Assembly (NCBI RefSeq): GCF_000039765.1 | Contig: NC_004459.3 | Location: forward strand, 2,691,127 to 2,723,126 | Direction: 5' to 3' | DNA: 32,000 bases | Source of the DNA: Vibrio vulnificus CMCP6 | Lineage (GTDB): Bacteria; Pseudomonadota; Gammaproteobacteria; Enterobacterales; Vibrionaceae | Shown here: positions 27,404 to 32,000 of the stretch, one piece after another | Numbering within the stretch: the stretch's first letter is position 1 | Layout of the letters: each line of letters starts with the position of its first letter | Notes under the pieces: generated by a model | The model's input: only the letters and a program-made list of their open reading frames with translations | Database searches by the model: none | What the model was told of the DNA's origin: nothing | Position numbers and translations under genes: made by a program

Positions 27404-27455
27404 ACACCAACGCAGCAGCAAACGCTAAGCTATTGAATTATCGATAATCTCCAAG

Positions 27456-27471
27456 TGGCATAGTTGTTGAT
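27456..27471 (+). promoter_or_regulatory. Candidate (non-canonical) sigma-54 promoter of sypM
   Basis: TGGCATAGTTGTTGAT: good -24 element, but the -12 element has GA instead of GC. Confidence 0.5.
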
Positions 27472-27519
27472 ACAAAAGCTTAGAGAACAAATAACATTCA
27501 ATGTTCGGTAGGAGGCGTT

Positions 27520-28290
27520 ATGTTGGTGAATAAATCACAACTCGGAGTCAAACCAGATAGCGAGAAAAACACGAAAACCTTTCAAGGAAGCGACGTAAAA
27601 TCTTGGCTCAAACATCATCCCAATCCTCTTATGCGAGCGCTTTTTCGCACACTCAAACAGATCCGTTGTGCCAACTTACCCACACCACATTTTTACAATG
27701 CCTTGCTCTACCGTTTGATGGTGTTGCTTCGCCAATCAAGCGACTATGTGTATCGCACCTTCATCACCACGCCAGCATTCAAAGGCAGGGTCAAGGCATG
27801 CGGCAAACAGCTCTACTTGTATGGCGGATTACCGCTCATCACCAACAATGTTCGTATCTCCATGGGCGATGACTGTAACCTTTCCGGTCAAGCAACCATC
27901 ACAGGCTGCAGCTCTGTCAAAGAGCCTCGATTGAACATCGGCAATCGTGTCTCGATTGGCTGGCAAACCACCATCGCGGTGGGCGACCTGATCACGATTG
28001 AAGACGACGTCGCGATCGCCGGACGCTGCATGTTTTTTGGTTATTCAGGCCACCCCTTAGATCCCAAACGTCGTGCCGCGGGTGAAGGCGATGATCCCAG
28101 CCAGATTCGCCCAATTACCCTACAACGCGGCAGCTGGATTGGCAGCAACGTGATGATCATGGCGGGCGTCACCGTCGGAGCTGGCAGTGTGATCGCCGCA
28201 GGCAGTGTGGTGACACATTCTATTCCTGAAGGTGTGATCGCAGGCGGTAATCCCGCCCACGTGATTCGTTCATTGAACATACCTCGTTGA
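27520..28290 (+). CDS. sypM: SypM, left-handed beta-helix (hexapeptide) acyltransferase
   Basis: 256 aa; start preceded by GGAGG; 'MGDDCNLSGQATITGCSS...IGNRVSIGWQTTIAVGDLITIEDDVAIAGRC...GSWIGSNVMIMAGVTVGAGSVIAAGSVV'. Confidence 0.88.
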   Translation: MLVNKSQLGVKPDSEKNTKTFQGSDVKSWLKHHPNPLMRALFRTLKQIRCANLPTPHFYNALLYRLMVLLRQSSDYVYRTFITTPAFKGRVKACGKQLYLYGGLPLITNNVRISMGDDCNLSGQATITGCSSVKEPRLNIGNRVSIGWQTTIAVGDLITIEDDVAIAGRCMFFGYSGHPLDPKRRAAGEGDDPSQIRPITLQRGSWIGSNVMIMAGVTVGAGSVIAAGSVVTHSIPEGVIAGGNPAHVIRSLNIPR

Positions 28291-28300
28291 GGAGAGCATC

Positions 28301-29479
28301 ATGAATGACATGATTGTTTTTGCTGAAGACTTTGGAGGGCTGCCCTCTTCAACGCAGCACATCGTGCGACAGCTCGCTAAGCGCCATCGCGTTTTGTGGG
28401 TCAATTCGATTGGCCTTCGTCAACCCAAGTGGAGTTTAAAAGACGCCAAACGTCTTTTGGCCAAACTGTTTGCCATCGCGTTACAAAAACGTCAGCCCTT
28501 TGTCGAAAACGATGGGAATGGCGAAAACGGCGAAAATAGCGAAACGTTTGATGAGCCCAATACGGTTTCAAGCAACATCGAGATCGTCTCTTTCCTGACT
28601 ATTCCTGCTCCCTCCAGTCGCTGGGCTCGCTGGTTGGCGAAAAAGATGCTGACGCTACAGTTGCAACGAAAACTGAAACAATTACGAATGCACGATCCGA
28701 TCTTTTGGACTTCACTGCCAACGGCCGCCGATTTACTCGACAGTTTTCCGCTGTTTCGCTCGGTCTATTATTGTGGTGATGATTTTGCATCGCTGGCTGG
28801 CGTAGATCATCATACGGTGAGCCAACACGAAACGAAGCTCGCACAGCGTTGCGACTGCATATTGGTGGCTAGCCAGCGTTTGTTGGAAAAATTCCCGGCG
28901 CAGAAAACCTTCTTACTCCCTCATGGCGTCGATCTTGAACTCTTTACTCGCCCAGCCCATCGCGCCGATGATTTGCCCACAGGCTTTACCCATTTATGCG
29001 GTTTTTATGGCTCACTCTCTCAATGGCTGGACTACCCCTTAATTGAACGCGTTGCCTCTCAGCTACCACACTGGGGCTTTGTGTTCATTGGCCCCTGTGA
29101 ATTTGATAGTAATCCGTTACCCAAGTTGCCAAATGTGATTTATCTCGGGAAGAAAGCGCACCATGCACTGCCTCGGTATTCACAACATTGGGATGTCAGT
29201 TGGTTGCCTTTTGTCATCAACCAGCAAATCAAATACTGCAATCCATTAAAGTTATTGGAATATTTGGCGGCAGGCACGCCTGTACTGAGTAAAAACTTTC
29301 CCGCAGTAGAGAAGTTTTATAGTCATCTTTGGTTGGCTGAAAACGCACAAGAAATGGTGACGCTACTGCTCACATTACAAAGCCAACCCAAAGCACGCCA
29401 TCCACTCGATAAGCAGCTAAGCCAGCAAAGCTGGGAAGCGCGCGCTCGTTACGTTGAACATTTGGTGGAACAGCTATGA
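28301..29479 (+). CDS. sypN: SypN, glycosyltransferase
   Basis: 392 aa; 'YYCGDDFASLAGVDHHTV', 'LLPHGVDLELFTRPA', 'NPLKLLEYLAAGTPVLSKNFPAVEKF'. Confidence 0.85.
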   Translation: MNDMIVFAEDFGGLPSSTQHIVRQLAKRHRVLWVNSIGLRQPKWSLKDAKRLLAKLFAIALQKRQPFVENDGNGENGENSETFDEPNTVSSNIEIVSFLTIPAPSSRWARWLAKKMLTLQLQRKLKQLRMHDPIFWTSLPTAADLLDSFPLFRSVYYCGDDFASLAGVDHHTVSQHETKLAQRCDCILVASQRLLEKFPAQKTFLLPHGVDLELFTRPAHRADDLPTGFTHLCGFYGSLSQWLDYPLIERVASQLPHWGFVFIGPCEFDSNPLPKLPNVIYLGKKAHHALPRYSQHWDVSWLPFVINQQIKYCNPLKLLEYLAAGTPVLSKNFPAVEKFYSHLWLAENAQEMVTLLLTLQSQPKARHPLDKQLSQQSWEARARYVEHLVEQL

Positions 29480-30909
29480 TGGGACTAAAACTGCGCCTCT
29501 ATTCCATTTTGGTGGCCGCATGGCGACGTCGATACGTTATTGTAACGCCCATTGTGATTTTGCCAATCGTCGGTGCGTTGATTGGTATGACTGCGACGCC
29601 GATTTACCGCTCACACACCAGCATGCTGATCCAAGAAACCGCCAAAATGAATCCGTTTCTTGAGGATATTGCTGTCTCCACCATGCTCAAAGATCGCCTA
29701 AGTGCCCTCAGCACCTTGCTAAAAAGCCGCCATGTACTCTATTCCGTGGCCAAACAAGAGGGGCTGATTGATGACAACATGACCACCGCCGAGCAGGACC
29801 GCATCATTCATCAACTCGCTGGAAAGCTCAACGTTCAGCAGTTAGGCAAAGATTTTATCCAGATTGAACTGGTCGCCAACTCGCCCAAAGGCATGGCTTC
29901 ACTGCTCTCGGCAGTCAGCGATCAATTTATCGACCAACTGTTGGCTCCAGAGCGTTCGTCCATCCGCGATTCCAGCGAATTTCTCACCGTACATATTGAA
30001 AAACGCCAACAAGAGCTGTTCGCGGCTGAGCAAGCGTTGGCAGACTTTCAAAACCAATATTCTGCCGACACACCAGCGATGCAAGCGCAGAACTTAACGC
30101 GCTTGGCTTCTCTTAAACAGAGCCTTGCAGAGAAAGAAGCCGAGCTTGCTGGTGTGGAAAAAACCTTAGGTTCGCTTGACCAACAATTGTCGAAAACCAA
30201 CCCTGTGATTGGCAAAATTGAAGAACAAATTATCACCATCCGCAGTGAACTGGCCTTGCTAAGTGCTAAGTACACCGATCAGCACAGCTCTGTTCAAGCC
30301 AAAATGCGCGAGCTTTCGCGCTTGGAACAAGAGCGGCATCAACTGCTGAGTAACCGCAGTGTAACGCTCAATAGCGCTCAACTATGGGATATCGCCAGTA
30401 GCACCATCAACGATACCAATGACAGCCAGCCGCTTTTGGTCACTCAGCTGCAGCAGTTGCAGGTGATACGAGGCCGTTATGAAGCACTGAACGAAGAAAC
30501 CCTCAGCCTCGCAAACATGATTGGCGAGCTGGAACAAAAAGCCAATCACTTCGGCAATACCGCGAAAGACATCACACGGCTGGAGCGCGACGTCACCGTG
30601 AAGCGCCAACTGTATGAAGAATTGGTTCAACGTTATGAAATGGCGCAACTGACAGGCTCATTAGGCATTTTTGAGCAAAATAAACGTGTGAAAGTGATCG
30701 ATGTCCCCTACACGCCATCTTCCACCGCCAACTTGCCTGTGATTCTCTTCGTGCTGGCAGGGCTATTTGGCGGCATCGCACTCGGCGCAGGCATGGCGAT
30801 CTTCTTTGAGATCTTTGACTCAACCATACGCAGTCAACAACAGTTACGCAGTCTCATCAATGTGCCCGTTTTAACGGTGATTCCTCGTATTCGTGCCCCG
30901 CGTAACTGA
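29476..30909 (+). CDS. sypO: SypO, Wzz-like chain-length determinant
   Basis: 477 aa; N- and C-terminal TMs, long coiled coil, 'VKVIDVPYTPSSTANLPVILFVLAGLFGGIALGAG'. Confidence 0.87.
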   Translation: MMGLKLRLYSILVAAWRRRYVIVTPIVILPIVGALIGMTATPIYRSHTSMLIQETAKMNPFLEDIAVSTMLKDRLSALSTLLKSRHVLYSVAKQEGLIDDNMTTAEQDRIIHQLAGKLNVQQLGKDFIQIELVANSPKGMASLLSAVSDQFIDQLLAPERSSIRDSSEFLTVHIEKRQQELFAAEQALADFQNQYSADTPAMQAQNLTRLASLKQSLAEKEAELAGVEKTLGSLDQQLSKTNPVIGKIEEQIITIRSELALLSAKYTDQHSSVQAKMRELSRLEQERHQLLSNRSVTLNSAQLWDIASSTINDTNDSQPLLVTQLQQLQVIRGRYEALNEETLSLANMIGELEQKANHFGNTAKDITRLERDVTVKRQLYEELVQRYEMAQLTGSLGIFEQNKRVKVIDVPYTPSSTANLPVILFVLAGLFGGIALGAGMAIFFEIFDSTIRSQQQLRSLINVPVLTVIPRIRAPRN

Positions 30910-30930
30910 TCCCACTGAATATCACGCCTC

Positions 30931-30966
30931 GCCCACCACAGCATCCGCTTCGGTGGGCATTTTTTA
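30931..30966 (+). terminator. Rho-independent terminator after sypO
   Basis: GCCCACC (30931-30937) pairs with GGTGGGC (30952-30958), then ATTTTTT. Confidence 0.82.
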
Positions 30967-30983
30967 ATCGCTCGTCAAAGCGA

Positions 30984-30998
30984 TTCTCAATATGAGAA
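30984..30998. promoter_or_regulatory. SypG-type enhancer site upstream of sypP
   Basis: TTCTCA-ATA-TGAGAA palindrome, 48 bp upstream of the sigma-54 promoter. Confidence 0.8.
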
Positions 30999-31046
30999 CA
31001 CTACAGCCAATCGACATAACTCCATGTTTTAATTCAACTAAATCGT

Positions 31047-31062
31047 TGGCACACAACCTGCT
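31047..31062 (+). promoter_or_regulatory. Sigma-54 promoter of sypP
   Basis: TGGCACACAACCTGCT; GG-N10-GC; almost identical to the sypA promoter TGGCATACAACCTGCT. Confidence 0.83.
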
Positions 31063-31119
31063 AAATCCCTTAAGCACTACGCGACGCTTTACGTTAATCA
31101 GTTGAAATGGGGATAGGCC

Positions 31120-32000
31120 ATGAACAAAGATAAGCCGAGAAAAACCATTTTTCATGTTGTTCAACATCTCGCTCCCGGCGGCTTAGAAACGCTCGTCCTG
31201 GACATGATGAATGTCTGCTCGACGGATCACGATGTCTACATCATTAGCCTAGAGGGCACAAAGCAAGATGCGGTATTGCATTGGCCTAAGCTGCGCAAGT
31301 ACGCTCGCCAATGTGTCTTTCTCGACAAAGGGACCGGTATCCGCGTTCAGACCATTCACTATCTCGTTAAGTTGTTTCGCCAGTTCTCACCCGATGTGGT
31401 TCATACCCATCATATTGGTCCGTTACTGTATGGAGGGATCGCGGCTCGTTTAAGCGGCGTTGCTTGCCGCATTCATACTGAGCATGACGGTTGGCACCTT
31501 ACCCAGACCAAAAACGCGTTATTGCAAACATGGGCGTTAAAACTGGTTCAACCCATCTTGGTGGCCGACGCAACCGAAGTAAAACTGAGCATTGAACAAC
31601 ATCTGCATCATGAAAACATCATTACCATTAAAAACGGTATTGATTGCGATTACTTTGCCCCTGCAGATAAAACGTGGGCTCGTAAGCAGTTAGATCTGCC
31701 ATTGGACAAGCGTATTGTCGGTTGTGCAGGAAGGTTGGAATCGGTGAAAGGTCAGCAGTGGCTGATACAAGCGCTGCCCATGCTGCCTCACAATGTGCAC
31801 TTGGCGATTGCTGGTCATGGCTCTTTACGCCAAGAGTTAGAGCGTTTGGTATTTACCATGCAACTGCAAGATCGCGTGACGTTTCTTGGCCTTTGCTGCA
31901 CGATGCCGACTTTTTATCAATCGCTTGATCTTTTCTGCTTACCGTCACTCAACGAAGGCTTTCCTCTTTCGACGCTAGAAGCGCAAGCGTGCAACGTTCC
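31120..32000 (+). CDS. sypP: SypP, GT4-family glycosyltransferase, truncated by the window edge
   Basis: Open frame without a stop to 32000 (absent from the supplied ORF track because it lacks a stop). ATG after GGGGATAGGCC; 'KTIFHVVQHLAPGGLETLVLDMMN...VVHTHHIGPLLYGG...GCAGRLESVKGQQWLIQAL...FCLPSLNEGFPLSTLEAQA'. Confidence 0.87.
   Translation, partial: MNKDKPRKTIFHVVQHLAPGGLETLVLDMMNVCSTDHDVYIISLEGTKQDAVLHWPKLRKYARQCVFLDKGTGIRVQTIHYLVKLFRQFSPDVVHTHHIGPLLYGGIAARLSGVACRIHTEHDGWHLTQTKNALLQTWALKLVQPILVADATEVKLSIEQHLHHENIITIKNGIDCDYFAPADKTWARKQLDLPLDKRIVGCAGRLESVKGQQWLIQALPMLPHNVHLAIAGHGSLRQELERLVFTMQLQDRVTFLGLCCTMPTFYQSLDLFCLPSLNEGFPLSTLEAQACNV

Noticed and set aside
29981-29995. TTCTCA-CCG-TACATA inside sypO
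   Set aside because: Single half-site in coding DNA without an associated -24/-12 element.
1-32000. CRISPR arrays, transposons/integrases, phage genes, tRNA or rRNA genes
   Set aside because: No regularly spaced repeats, transposase/integrase-like ORFs, or tRNA/rRNA signatures noticed while reading both strands. A tool-based scan (tRNAscan-SE, Infernal, minced) would be needed to exclude subtle cases.

Overview
This window is chromosomal Vibrio-type DNA (gene content and order resemble V. vulnificus; this is inference, no search was run). The left half (about 1-9 kb) looks like core genome: the 3' part of a LetB/YebT MCE-repeat protein, rsmF, a CvfB-like S1-domain protein (minus strand), a conserved membrane protein, a DUF4442-type hotdog protein (minus strand), a DAHP synthase (aroG-like) and yajQ. 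Next come two minus-strand genes: an exported TPR/GGDEF protein with an intact GGEEF motif, and a secreted minimal ATP-dependent DNA ligase (Lig E type). From about 12.1 kb to the right edge lies a syp/rbd-type exopolysaccharide and biofilm locus in the order sypA-B-C-D-[PhnD-like]-F-G-H-I-J-K-L-M-N-O-P, continuing past the edge. The main observations are: (1) four copies of TTCTCA-N3-TGAGAA (one with a single mismatch), each 48-71 bp upstream of a sigma-54 -24/-12 promoter, ahead of sypA, sypI, sypM and sypP; two of them lie inside the 3' coding ends of sypH and sypL; (2) a PhnD-like periplasmic binding protein gene, with no transporter partners, occupies the sypE position, although SypA keeps its STAS phospho-serine motif; (3) that gene appears to carry a -1 frameshift between its signal peptide and its mature domain; (4) SypD has Val where the Walker A lysine is expected; (5) a 14-bp inverted repeat lies between the SypG-type site and the promoter of sypI. 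I saw no CRISPR array, transposon, tRNA or rRNA. The overall locus type is known. Any novelty lies in the variant architecture around sypD/PhnD/sypF and in the cis-regulatory details.
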